A DNA stretch of 40,865 nt from a virus (taxonomy: Duplodnaviria > Caudoviricetes): IMG/VR virus record IMGVR_UViG_3300038406_000085, positions 1-40,865 of that record. The stretch is one strand, 5' to 3'. Both the position numbers and the translations under genes were made by a program. Below are positions 32,732-40,865 of this stretch, piece after piece. The notes beneath the pieces were generated by a model. That model was not told where the DNA came from, did no database searches, and worked only from the letters and a program-made list of their open reading frames with translations. Every line of letters starts with the position of its first letter. Within the stretch, counting starts at the first letter, position 1.

Positions 32732-32946
32732 GCCTCGTCGTCCGGGTCAGCAGACTCGGCGTCCTCATCGAGGTCGTCGTCATCCTCGACGTCCTCGTCC
32801 AGCCACGCCTGAAACCCGAGCGTGGTCTTCTCGTCCTTCTTCTCCGAGAGGTACTCGGTGGCCAGCCCCAGGGCCGCCATGTCGGACGGGTCCATCTTGT
32901 GCCGACGCAGCAGCTTGGATGCGTCGAGCAGATCGCGTCTCTTCAC
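32713..32946 (-). CDS. tail assembly chaperone (gpG-like)
   Basis: short, acidic tail ending GPTKK; position before TMP. Confidence 0.65.
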   Translation of the reverse strand: MKRRDLLDASKLLRRHKMDPSDMAALGLATEYLSEKKDEKTTLGFQAWLDEDVEDDDDLDEDAESADPDDEAGPTKK

Positions 32947-32949
32947 GGG

Positions 32950-33354
32950 TCAACCCTTCTTCGTTCCGAATCCGGCCTTGCGTGCGATATCCAGCAGGGC
33001 ATCCATGTAGTCGTCCTCGATCTGCGGCATGTCCTCTTCCGCAGATCGGCGGATGTAGGGGCGCTTCACACCGTCACGTGGCGCGTACTTCTTCCCCCAT
33101 TGCTGTACGGCCTGCGTGCGGTGCTTACCGCCGGCCATGATGCGCAGGACGGTCGTGGTGGCGGACGCGCGCGGCTTAGCACCCGCGCCCGCACCCACTC
33201 CCTCAGGCTTCGGGAAGGCCTTGTCGATGATGCGCTGACCGATCGCCTTGTTCCGCTGCCCGAGTTCCTTGCGGAGTTTCGGGTCGATCTTCCCGATGGC
33301 GCGTACGAGTTCCTTCACACCCTCGACCCGAGAAGCGTTCGGAGCGCTCGCCAT
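32950..33354 (-). CDS. HK97 gp10-like neck/tail completion protein
   Basis: RVEGVKELVRAI...RPYIRRS; basic. Confidence 0.65.
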   Translation of the reverse strand: MASAPNASRVEGVKELVRAIGKIDPKLRKELGQRNKAIGQRIIDKAFPKPEGVGAGAGAKPRASATTTVLRIMAGGKHRTQAVQQWGKKYAPRDGVKRPYIRRSAEEDMPQIEDDYMDALLDIARKAGFGTKKG

Positions 33355-33695
33355 CAGCGCTGGATGACTGCCACGGTGACGGACGTGGTCGCGCTGTAGT
33401 TGACGTACGCCCGGCCCGCATCAGGTGCGGATGGGCGCCGAAACAGACGCGGTTCCAGAGCGATGAAACCGGTACCACCCGCAGCGATCACGAGAGACAC
33501 CTCATCCACGTCCAGACCATTGATCTGCAGCGGCGTCTGCACGGTGACCGTCTTCGCAGACGCGTCCCCGTTGCGGACGACGAGGGTCAGGTTGTCACCG
33601 ACGTCGGCAATCTCCCCGTCGGTCGTCGCCGCCTGGAACGTCGCCGCGACACCAGCCGGGGGGACTGCCTGAGTAGCCACTGAGACACGTGCCAT
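33354..33695 (-). CDS. virion structural protein (beta-rich)
   Basis: LVVRNGDASAKTVTV.TP...YVNYSATTSVTVAV. Confidence 0.65.
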   Translation of the reverse strand: MARVSVATQAVPPAGVAATFQAATTDGEIADVGDNLTLVVRNGDASAKTVTVQTPLQINGLDVDEVSLVIAAGGTGFIALEPRLFRRPSAPDAGRAYVNYSATTSVTVAVIQR

Positions 33696-33709
33696 GAGTC
33701 AGCCCCCGA

Positions 33710-34129
33710 TCAGGCAGTCGTACGGACGATGCCCGTGGGTGAGCTGTTCCGGATCGCGACCTCTGTCGTTGACGCCTCACCGATGGAACCCGCCAGCGGG
33801 TTGTACGACGGCAGCACACCGGTCATCGTGAACTGCGGGTTCGTCGTGGACACGGCGGCCGACGTGGGGCGCACGATCACTTCGAACCCATCGTTCGACC
33901 CCAGCAGCGGCCACAGCGTGTCGTCCACGCTGGCCACGTCGAAGTCCTGGAACACGGCCAAGGTGATCGTGCCGTCGCCGAGACCCAGAAGGATCTCCTT
34001 GAACGCGGCGCCGAACCCGGTCACGTCGACCTCGTCGAACGCACCCTCGATGGTCACCGACGAGCAGTGGTCAGAAAGATCCACCGCGTCGACGGAGATG
34101 AAACAGTCGCGTAGCACCAACTTCGCCAT
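33710..34129 (-). CDS. major tail (tube) protein
   Basis: DLSDHCSSVTI....DEVDVTGFG...GLGDGTI...QDF...NPQFT. Confidence 0.8.
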   Translation of the reverse strand: MAKLVLRDCFISVDAVDLSDHCSSVTIEGAFDEVDVTGFGAAFKEILLGLGDGTITLAVFQDFDVASVDDTLWPLLGSNDGFEVIVRPTSAAVSTTNPQFTMTGVLPSYNPLAGSIGEASTTEVAIRNSSPTGIVRTTA

Positions 34130-34136
34130 GGCTCAC

Positions 34137-34349
34137 TCACTCCTCTTCTGTGTCGGCCGAGGTGGCCGCTGTGTTGTCCGGCTGCGAAACCGGCTTCTTG
34201 GCGGCCGGACGGATCTGTCCGCGCTGCAGGAGACGCTTGGTCCCCGGGTTCTCCGGGTCGAGGTCGACGACCTCGCCAGGAGAGATCTCGCGGACCCGGT
34301 GAGGTCCGACGACGGTGTACTTCTTCATCACGCGCGCTCCCTTGCTCAT
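34137..34349 (-). CDS. small structural-region protein
   Basis: PGEVVDLDP...LLQRGQI; coupled. Confidence 0.6.
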   Translation of the reverse strand: MSKGARVMKKYTVVGPHRVREISPGEVVDLDPENPGTKRLLQRGQIRPAAKKPVSQPDNTAATSADTEEE

Positions 34350-34765
34350 GCCTTGCCGGACGCCATGACCTCGACCAGCAGCACGGCCCCGAGGTACATG
34401 ACGCCGTTGATGTCCTGCGGCCCGTACTCGCGGGCCCCGGTGACACGCAGGTCGTCCACGACACCGCCGAGGGTCGAGTCAGCCTCGATCGCGGCCTTGA
34501 TGGACGACGCGCCGAACGGGTCCAGGTAGGCGTCGAGCTGCGTCTGCGAGTCCTCGTCGGACACGCGTGCGGCGAACACCATGACCGGGAACGTGTAGTC
34601 GTCATGCCCGCGCCCGAACGTCTTGTCGTACTCGAGCGGGTCCGGGCCGCCGACCATCGCGACCGGCACATCCGCGATGTCCCGCACGTACGCCTCGGTG
34701 CTGAGACCGGTGATCGAGCCCATGGCCGTCGCGAGCCCGGCGCGGACGTCCGCGATCTTGCCCAT
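34346..34765 (-). CDS. tail terminator-like protein
   Basis: IADVRAGLA...SIKAAIEADSTLGGVV; position before tail tube. Confidence 0.7.
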   Translation of the reverse strand: MGKIADVRAGLATAMGSITGLSTEAYVRDIADVPVAMVGGPDPLEYDKTFGRGHDDYTFPVMVFAARVSDEDSQTQLDAYLDPFGASSIKAAIEADSTLGGVVDDLRVTGAREYGPQDINGVMYLGAVLLVEVMASGKA

Positions 34766-35367
34766 CAGGCCAGCACCGGGTCGAGGACGTACGGCGCGAG
34801 CTTGCGCATGACCATGGGGTTCTCCCGGACGCGGACTGTGCCGTAGGTGTCCATGCCCGCGACGCCGAACGGCGCGTCCTTGAGCTTGAACAACTCCTCG
34901 GCCACGATCAGGCACGCCTGCTTGACGGGGGTCGGCACGGCAGGCCAGCCCCACGCTGCGGTCACCTGGACCGAGGCACGGCCCGCCGTCGGGAACAGCA
35001 GCGAGTTGACCGCACGGACCATCGAGAACGGCCACCCGGGCTGCCCCCCGACGACGCCGTTCAGCGGCTCCAACTGGAAGTCAGCGGAGGTCCACGCGGT
35101 GTCGTACGTGCCATCGCCGGCGCCGTCGGTAGCCACCACGAGACCCGTCGTCGTGTGGAAGTCGTCAACCTCCACGATCCGGCCATGCAGCGGCCGGTAC
35201 ACGCGCGCCGTGGCTGCCGCGTCGGTGTTGAACTGGCGATGACACACCAGCTCGATACCGCGAGACGCCGCCGAGAGCGCGTCACCCAGAAGGTCGTCGT
35301 GCGTGTTCTTCTGGACGCTCGCGTACGCCTTCAACTCCGCGAGCGTCGCGTACGGGTCACCCAGCAT
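34765..35367 (-). CDS. head-to-tail adaptor
   Basis: YATLAELK...AASR.IE..C.RQF...VTAAWGWPAVP..VKQACL. Confidence 0.8.
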   Translation of the reverse strand: MLGDPYATLAELKAYASVQKNTHDDLLGDALSAASRGIELVCHRQFNTDAAATARVYRPLHGRIVEVDDFHTTTGLVVATDGAGDGTYDTAWTSADFQLEPLNGVVGGQPGWPFSMVRAVNSLLFPTAGRASVQVTAAWGWPAVPTPVKQACLIVAEELFKLKDAPFGVAGMDTYGTVRVRENPMVMRKLAPYVLDPVLA

Positions 35368-35373
35368 GGAGGG

Positions 35374-35715
35374 TCAGTCCCCCTCGTGAGCCTTGGTGTA
35401 CTGCTCGATGACGTCATCCGAGACCTTGCCGCGCTTGGGCACGTCGATCCCGTTCTCGGCAGCCCACGCACGGACAGCCTTGGCGTCGGGGGCAGAGTCC
35501 GTAGTCGGCTCGGCCTGGCGCGTCTCCACTCCGGCGGTCGGGGCCGGTCGAGTCTCAACCTCGTCCTCGACGGCGGCCACGTTCCCGGCGCCGATCATCG
35601 TCTGCGCCATCCCGTCGGGCAGGTCCATCGTCTCGCCGGCCCTCGGCCACTCCCGAAGCGGGCCACCGCCGAGGCTGATGTACCCGGTCGGCTGGTGCAC
35701 CATACGTACCTTCAT
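35374..35715 (-). CDS. capsid-adjacent protein with C-terminal Lsr2-like DNA-binding domain
   Basis: AVRAWAAENGIDVPKRGKVSDDVIEQY. Confidence 0.75.
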   Translation of the reverse strand: MKVRMVHQPTGYISLGGGPLREWPRAGETMDLPDGMAQTMIGAGNVAAVEDEVETRPAPTAGVETRQAEPTTDSAPDAKAVRAWAAENGIDVPKRGKVSDDVIEQYTKAHEGD

Positions 35716-35738
35716 GCTCATTTCCTTTCGGGTACGAC

Positions 35739-35775
35739 CTGATGCGACCCCACCAGGTTGGTGAGGCCGCATCAG
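35739..35775 (-). terminator. hairpin after major capsid gene
   Basis: 17-bp stem with 2 G-U pairs on the minus (mRNA) strand. Confidence 0.65.
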
Positions 35776-35780
35776 ATGGA

Positions 35781-37010
35781 TCAGGCTCCCGGGTGCAGGA
35801 GGTGCTTGACGGCGTTCGGGTCGACGACCACAGCGCCGGTGCGCACGGCGGCGCGGAACGAGATCTGGTCGTTGCCGAACTTGTACTCGTCCGACCGCTC
35901 GAACCGCAGACCGCCAGCGATGCGCACCTTCAGCGCCGACATGTCACCGAAGAAGATCGACTTCGCGTCGATCGCGGGGGTGTCGATCTGCGGGGCGATG
36001 TACACCGGCTTGCCGACCAGGAGGTCGGGGTCGCCGGCGGTCAGTGCGGGCTGCCACACCGACTGGCCGTCCGATCCCTTGAGGACCCGCACCAGAGCCG
36101 CCGTCGGGTCCGCCATCAGCCATGAGGCGTCCGTGCGGTACTCCGGAAGGACCGAGTGGAACAGCTGGTAGATCAGGTCGGTACCCTCGCCGACGGCGGT
36201 CTGGTCACCGAAGTTGGTGAGCACGCCCGCAGGTGCGGTGACACCGGCCGTGGTGAACCCGGCGATCGCACCGGCAGCGGCCACCGAGGACACCCGACGA
36301 CCGAGCTGACGGCCAGCGTTCCGGGCGATGTACCCCTCGAGGTCGAACGTCGCGTCCGCCACCAGCTCCGTCGGGACGTAGCTGATGAACCCGAACTTCT
36401 CCACCGTCGAGGAGACGGTGTTGATCGTCGACTCGGACGTCACGAACGGGTCGTGCGCGGCCAGGGCCGTGTCGTCCGTCGCGGCGTGCACGGTCGCGCG
36501 CGGGAACGGCAGGGCGTTCCCGTCCGCGGTGTTGATGATGTCGACGCCGGACTGCAGGATCTGGCCGACGTGCACCGCGTACTCCCACAGCTGCGCGGAG
36601 ACCGCGTTGACGCCGACGCCACCGGAAGCCGACATGTCGCGGTGCTCACCGCGAAGGATGCCGCGCATCTCCGAGGCGTCCGGCTGGGTCACGTTGAACG
36701 TGTCCCCGATCCGGGCCTCACGTGCCCACTTCCCCAGGCCCGAACCAGCCTCGTGCTGGTTGCGCTTGTTCGGCTCGCGGCCCGTGACGGACCGGAACGA
36801 CGCCTCGAGGTCGTTCGCGCGGCCCTCGCCGTCGGCGATGGCCTGCGCACGCTCACCGAGCTTCTCGGCCTCGGCGATCATCTGGTCGAAGGAGGTCTGC
36901 TCCTCGACGGACAGGTCACGGTCCTCCGTGACGCCCTTCTGGGCCACGTCGGTGGCCTTGCTGATGAGCGCGGCACGGCGCTCCATCAGCTGATCGGCAA
37001 TGCTGGTCAT
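35781..37010 (-). CDS. major capsid protein (HK97 fold, N-terminal delta domain)
   Basis: coiled-coil N-terminus; ASWLM...L.G.PV...FGD. Confidence 0.9.
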   Translation of the reverse strand: MTSIADQLMERRAALISKATDVAQKGVTEDRDLSVEEQTSFDQMIAEAEKLGERAQAIADGEGRANDLEASFRSVTGREPNKRNQHEAGSGLGKWAREARIGDTFNVTQPDASEMRGILRGEHRDMSASGGVGVNAVSAQLWEYAVHVGQILQSGVDIINTADGNALPFPRATVHAATDDTALAAHDPFVTSESTINTVSSTVEKFGFISYVPTELVADATFDLEGYIARNAGRQLGRRVSSVAAAGAIAGFTTAGVTAPAGVLTNFGDQTAVGEGTDLIYQLFHSVLPEYRTDASWLMADPTAALVRVLKGSDGQSVWQPALTAGDPDLLVGKPVYIAPQIDTPAIDAKSIFFGDMSALKVRIAGGLRFERSDEYKFGNDQISFRAAVRTGAVVVDPNAVKHLLHPGA

Positions 37011-37043
37011 GGCATTCCCCTTCCGGGAACTGAGATATGGATT

Positions 37044-37127
37044 CGTGCGGTTCAGTCCCAGCGGGGGTCCGGTGGGTCGGTATTCAGTTGTGGTGATCCC
37101 CGTGCGGTGCCAGCGGTTGTCCGGTGG
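37044..37127 (-). repeat. bipartite direct repeat in capsid 5' leader
   Basis: minus CCACCGGAC-NN-CCGCTGG...ACCGCACG twice. Confidence 0.6.
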
Positions 37128-37155
37128 CGCGGCGGGTTGCTTGCGGGGTGTTGCG

Positions 37156-37797
37156 TCAGGAAAGCTTCATGGCCCGGGTCAGTGCCATCTGGGCCGACCG
37201 CCGAGCCGTCGGTGCGGCGGCGTCGGTGCGCTTGAAGAACCGCGTCAGCTCGTTCTCGGCCGCCATCTGCCGGACCTCTTCGAGGTCGGCATCGAACTTG
37301 GCGGCCAGCGACCGCAGACCCACCGACGTGTCCTGGTAGGCCGGGGCGTTCACCGGGGCGACGTCGAGCAGGCGCACCTGCTTGAGCGTGCGCAGCGGGA
37401 AGCCCGAGTCGTCGGTGGCCCAGTCCTCGTCATCGGCGATGAACGCGAACGAGGACTGGCGCACGTCGCCGCGCTGCACCAGCTCGTGCACGTCCGCACG
37501 GGCAGACGGGAGATCGGCCTCGTACGTCAGGCCGATCTCATCGATGCCGAGACGCAGGGTCCCGGCCCCCGTCGTACCGAGCAGCAGGTTGTTGTCGTGG
37601 TTGTAGCGGGCCACGACGTCCGGCCAGTTCAGCGACCGGGAGCGGTTGAACGCACCCGGGGCGATCTGCTCACGGAACCCGCCAAGGTTCTGGCTGGCTC
37701 GGTCGAACTTCGCGGCGTAACCGCCGATGGTGCGCTTGTCGGTGCCGGCGCGGACTTCCACCCGAACCGACGTAAAGCGCCGCTCTGCGTCGCTCAT
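37156..37797 (-). CDS. HK97-family prohead protease
   Basis: GYAAKF...FREQIAPGAF...NHD...SSFAF...DVAPV..PAY. Confidence 0.92.
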   Translation of the reverse strand: MSDAERRFTSVRVEVRAGTDKRTIGGYAAKFDRASQNLGGFREQIAPGAFNRSRSLNWPDVVARYNHDNNLLLGTTGAGTLRLGIDEIGLTYEADLPSARADVHELVQRGDVRQSSFAFIADDEDWATDDSGFPLRTLKQVRLLDVAPVNAPAYQDTSVGLRSLAAKFDADLEEVRQMAAENELTRFFKRTDAAAPTARRSAQMALTRAMKLS

Positions 37798-38921
37798 GAT
37801 GGATCCCCTTCTCGGTTGACCGGTGCCGCCGTCGGGGCGGGCACGTTGTAGAAATCTCCGCCAGGCACGGGCGGGTCGTCATCCAGGGCCCGCGCCTCGT
37901 TGACCGACATGCGGCCGTCCTTGAGCTTCGCGCCGACGACCTCGGTTCGCGTCTTGATGTCGGTGCGGATCGTGGCGTCGGTGTTGAGCTTGATGTACTG
38001 CCTGCTCGGCAGGACACGGTTGATCGCCCGCTCGAATCGCTCGATGTACGGCCGCATGTCCGCCGCGCGTCGGATCTGCCGGGACTCCTCGGTGCTGTAC
38101 GTCAGCGACCCACCAGGCGGCGGTCCGCCGACCTCGGTCGAGTCGATGCCGTAGATCGCGGCAGTCTGGACGGCCGACAGCTCGAGAATCTTGATGAACT
38201 CCGCGTGGTTAGGCGGGATCGACACCGACGACCAATCCCAGTCAGACCCGGTGACGAGCGGCTCACCCCTGCGCAAGGAGGCCATCAGCCGTTCCTTGAT
38301 CACGTCCGCCGCGCCCGGCTGCAGGGTCTTCTCCGTGTTCTTCAGGATGCTCGGAGGGTTGCCGCCGCCGCGCTTGATGTCGGCGTACTCCTGCGCGGAC
38401 AGTCCAGCGCCGATCATCTCGGCGAAGTGCTCCAGCGGCGACAATCCCAGCACCTTGCCCGGAGGAACGATCCACGGGATGTGCAGGATGTTGGACGACC
38501 CCACCTCATGGCCGAACACGTACCACTTGCGCGAGGTCTCGTTGAAGCTCCAGTCACCCGGAGCCAGCCACGACACCGCCGTCGGGAATCCGAACCCGTC
38601 GGTCTCCGTGATCCACCCGACCGCATTGCCGCGGGTGACGACACCGTAGAACGCCTGCCCGAGCCAGTTCACCAGACCTGGCCGGCCAGGAGCGTCCAGC
38701 CCAGAGATCAGCGCGGGCGGCCTCATCTCGATCCGGTCAGAACCCACCTTGCGGTAGGAGTCCACCGGGAGAGTCGAGGAGAAGTTGACGATGTGTCGGA
38801 TGGCCGAGAAAACCGGCACCAGGTGCGTCGCGCCCTCAGGAGTTACCTGGCGGCTCGCCGGATCGACAGGAACCCACGACTCCATCAGCCGCTGCTCCGT
38901 CTTCCCGAAGAAGAGGCTCAC
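37794..38921 (-). CDS. portal protein (HK97 family)
   Basis: V.SAI..I...LP; GNA; LHIP...GLSPL; NEARAL. Confidence 0.9.
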   Translation of the reverse strand: MSLFFGKTEQRLMESWVPVDPASRQVTPEGATHLVPVFSAIRHIVNFSSTLPVDSYRKVGSDRIEMRPPALISGLDAPGRPGLVNWLGQAFYGVVTRGNAVGWITETDGFGFPTAVSWLAPGDWSFNETSRKWYVFGHEVGSSNILHIPWIVPPGKVLGLSPLEHFAEMIGAGLSAQEYADIKRGGGNPPSILKNTEKTLQPGAADVIKERLMASLRRGEPLVTGSDWDWSSVSIPPNHAEFIKILELSAVQTAAIYGIDSTEVGGPPPGGSLTYSTEESRQIRRAADMRPYIERFERAINRVLPSRQYIKLNTDATIRTDIKTRTEVVGAKLKDGRMSVNEARALDDDPPVPGGDFYNVPAPTAAPVNREGDPS

Positions 38922-39055
38922 GAGCGAGACGCCTTCCACGAGGCGACCAGTGCGGCCACGCCTACCACCAGGAGCGGCAGCGGCGGCCAGCACACGAAGG
39001 CGAACCCGGCCAGGAGGGTCACGCCGAGGAGGTCGAGCACGTCAGTCTTGGACAT
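38918..39055 (-). CDS. small membrane protein between terL and portal
   Basis: MSKTDVLDLLGVTLLAGFAFVCWPPLPLLVVG; GAGGAGG SD. Confidence 0.7.
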   Translation of the reverse strand: MSKTDVLDLLGVTLLAGFAFVCWPPLPLLVVGVAALVASWKASRS

Positions 39056-39066
39056 CAGGTTCCTCC

Positions 39067-40575
39067 TCATCCGATCGAGTCGAGCACGTCGTATTCGATG
39101 ATCTGGCCGGCGCCCCACTCGGCGAGCGAGGCAGCCTCAACCATGTCCGCGCCGTCGCCACCCCACAGGAACCGGCCACCGGACATCCGCTTGATCACGG
39201 AGCGGGCCGCATCGTTCAGCTCCGGGGAGTCGTTGTGGAACAGGCTGTGGTTCTCCGTGATGCCGTCGTACACCGCGGCGCACGAATCCTTGAGATCGGA
39301 CATGCCCGCGACGAGCAGCCGGTCACCGAGACGCTCACGCAACGGCTCGACCAGATCGGCACCCGGGCCATGGCCCGCGATCGCAACCCGGATCCCGTGG
39401 CGGTCTGCCATGGCGCACGCCTCGTCGACCGTCCACGATGCGCCCGGACGGCGAGCGCTCTTGTTTGGGTCCGACGTCGCCGGGAACATCACCCGTACCG
39501 CGTCGTCGCCGTAGTCGCCCACCGCTGCGATAGACGAGTGCGACCGCTCCGGCTCGACCGCGATACCCAGGCACCGCGGCGTCGGCATCTTCGCGTCCGG
39601 AATCCCCTGACGCGCCCAGTGTGGGCCGAACACCCGCGCCGACTCCTCCAGCGGCGGGTCCTCCCACCACACCAGGAACTCCCGGGCGAACTCCGCCGGC
39701 GGCATCGACTGACGCAGGGACCGGATCGTCTCGCGCTGCACCCGAGTGTCGAGCGCCGTCATGATGCGCTTCCAACGATCCTCGTCGTCCAGCGCGCACC
39801 CGACCGCCGTCTTCGCGTGGTCGCAGTCCTTCGACGCGCACCCGGCGTCCGGATTCTTCGGCGTCGGGCCGAGCTCGTCGCTGTACTCGATGTAGAACTG
39901 GTTCGCCGTCAGCTTCGCGCGGCCCCGGTCGCGCGAATCGCGCAACGCGTCCGACTCCAGGAGGCCCGCCGACGACGCCGCGACAACCTGCGGTTCGGGC
40001 TGAGCAGTCAGCACCGGGTACAGCGACCCGATCATCGATGGCGTCACCGCGAAGTACTCGTCCAGGACCACCTTCGAGCCCGCCAGGCCGCGACCGCCGG
40101 TACGCATCCGCGCCCGGTACTTCAGCCGGCGATCCCCCGTCAGCTCTATCGCCCAGCGACCGTTACCCGTCGTGATCCCCTGGCGCTCGCCACGGGTCGG
40201 AACCAGATGCCGCGAGAGGAACGGGTTCGACTCGATCAGCTCCGCCGTCTCGCGGAAGGTCTCCTCCGTCGTCGACAACTCGTGCGCCGAGTGGATGATC
40301 AGTCGCTGCTTGGTCACGTACAGCCAGCCCAGCTCGATCATCTTCAGCACGCCGGTCTTGAAGTTCTGGCGCGGCCCGATGATGTCGATCGCGAACGCCG
40401 CGGGCTTCCCGTCCGCGCGAATCGCGAACGTCGCATCCAGAATCAGTTCCTGCTCCGGGTCGGGCGCGTACCCCGCCCGTGCGCAGATGTCCGCGACCTC
40501 CGGGCCGAACGTCTCCACGTACACCGGCACATGGAGGTACGTCGGCTCAAGCCTTCGCCGCGCGAGCACGCTCAC
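39067..40575 (-). CDS. terL: terminase large subunit
   Basis: PRQNFKT (Walker A), HSAH, GRGL..VVLDE (Walker B), SSAG; start GTG 40575 or 40569. Confidence 0.92.
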   Translation of the reverse strand: MSVLARRRLEPTYLHVPVYVETFGPEVADICARAGYAPDPEQELILDATFAIRADGKPAAFAIDIIGPRQNFKTGVLKMIELGWLYVTKQRLIIHSAHELSTTEETFRETAELIESNPFLSRHLVPTRGERQGITTGNGRWAIELTGDRRLKYRARMRTGGRGLAGSKVVLDEYFAVTPSMIGSLYPVLTAQPEPQVVAASSAGLLESDALRDSRDRGRAKLTANQFYIEYSDELGPTPKNPDAGCASKDCDHAKTAVGCALDDEDRWKRIMTALDTRVQRETIRSLRQSMPPAEFAREFLVWWEDPPLEESARVFGPHWARQGIPDAKMPTPRCLGIAVEPERSHSSIAAVGDYGDDAVRVMFPATSDPNKSARRPGASWTVDEACAMADRHGIRVAIAGHGPGADLVEPLRERLGDRLLVAGMSDLKDSCAAVYDGITENHSLFHNDSPELNDAARSVIKRMSGGRFLWGGDGADMVEAASLAEWGAGQIIEYDVLDSIG

Positions 40576-40822
40576 GCTTCCTCGCAACCGCGTCGTCAGC
40601 GTCGGCCAGCGGATCGTCCGCAACCTTGTTCCCCGCAGCGATGTTCGCCATCAGGCGGGAGTGCTCCTTCGAGAGCGTGGCCAGCTCCGAGCCATCACCC
40701 CGAGCCATGCCCTTCGCGATGATCAGAGCCTGCTCACCCAGCATCGTGCCAAGGGCTCCGAGCCGATCAAGCTCACGTTCCGTCGCAGCGACCAGGCCAG
40801 CCGTGGAGTCGTCATCGGGCAC
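40547..40822 (-). CDS. terS: terminase small subunit
   Basis: 91 aa directly upstream of and overlapping terL; DPL..AD....RKR tail. Confidence 0.7.
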   Translation of the reverse strand: MPDDDSTAGLVAATERELDRLGALGTMLGEQALIIAKGMARGDGSELATLSKEHSRLMANIAAGNKVADDPLADADDAVARKRERARAAKA

Positions 40823-40865
40823 CTCACACCTCCAACGATCTGCCGGGGAGAGATGCGGAAAAGAG

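Overview
The window looks like an essentially complete ~40.9 kb genome of a temperate, high-GC siphovirus of an actinobacterial host (host genus cannot be determined from sequence alone). Almost all genes are on the minus strand. Read from right to left: terminase small/large, portal, HK97-type protease and capsid, head-tail genes, tail tube, chaperones, tape measure, minor tail genes, lysis cassette and three extra virion-like genes. Then three small plus-strand genes, a tRNA-type attP, tyrosine integrase and a repressor/cro switch. Then a long, translationally coupled early/middle operon: excisionase, DUF4326, HNH-AP2, RecE/RecT, C5 and N6 DNA methyltransferases, WhiB, Cas4-like exonuclease, SSB, primase-polymerase, helicase, an iteron origin, a resolvase and a secreted HExxH protease. 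It ends with a packaging HNH next to the probable cos end. The most unusual observations: (1) an antisense endonuclease VII cassette with its own leaderless promoter, flanked by two synonymously recoded copies of the DUF4326 3' end and spanned by a translationally coupled antisense ORF; (2) a 58-nt tRNA-like element behind ssb; (3) two look-alike hairpin cassettes that fold properly only on the antisense strand; (4) a promoter-leader-terminator with a GACAC box before the late genes; (5) duplicated N-termini at gene boundaries in the recombination module. All calls come from motif recognition by eye; no database searches were run.
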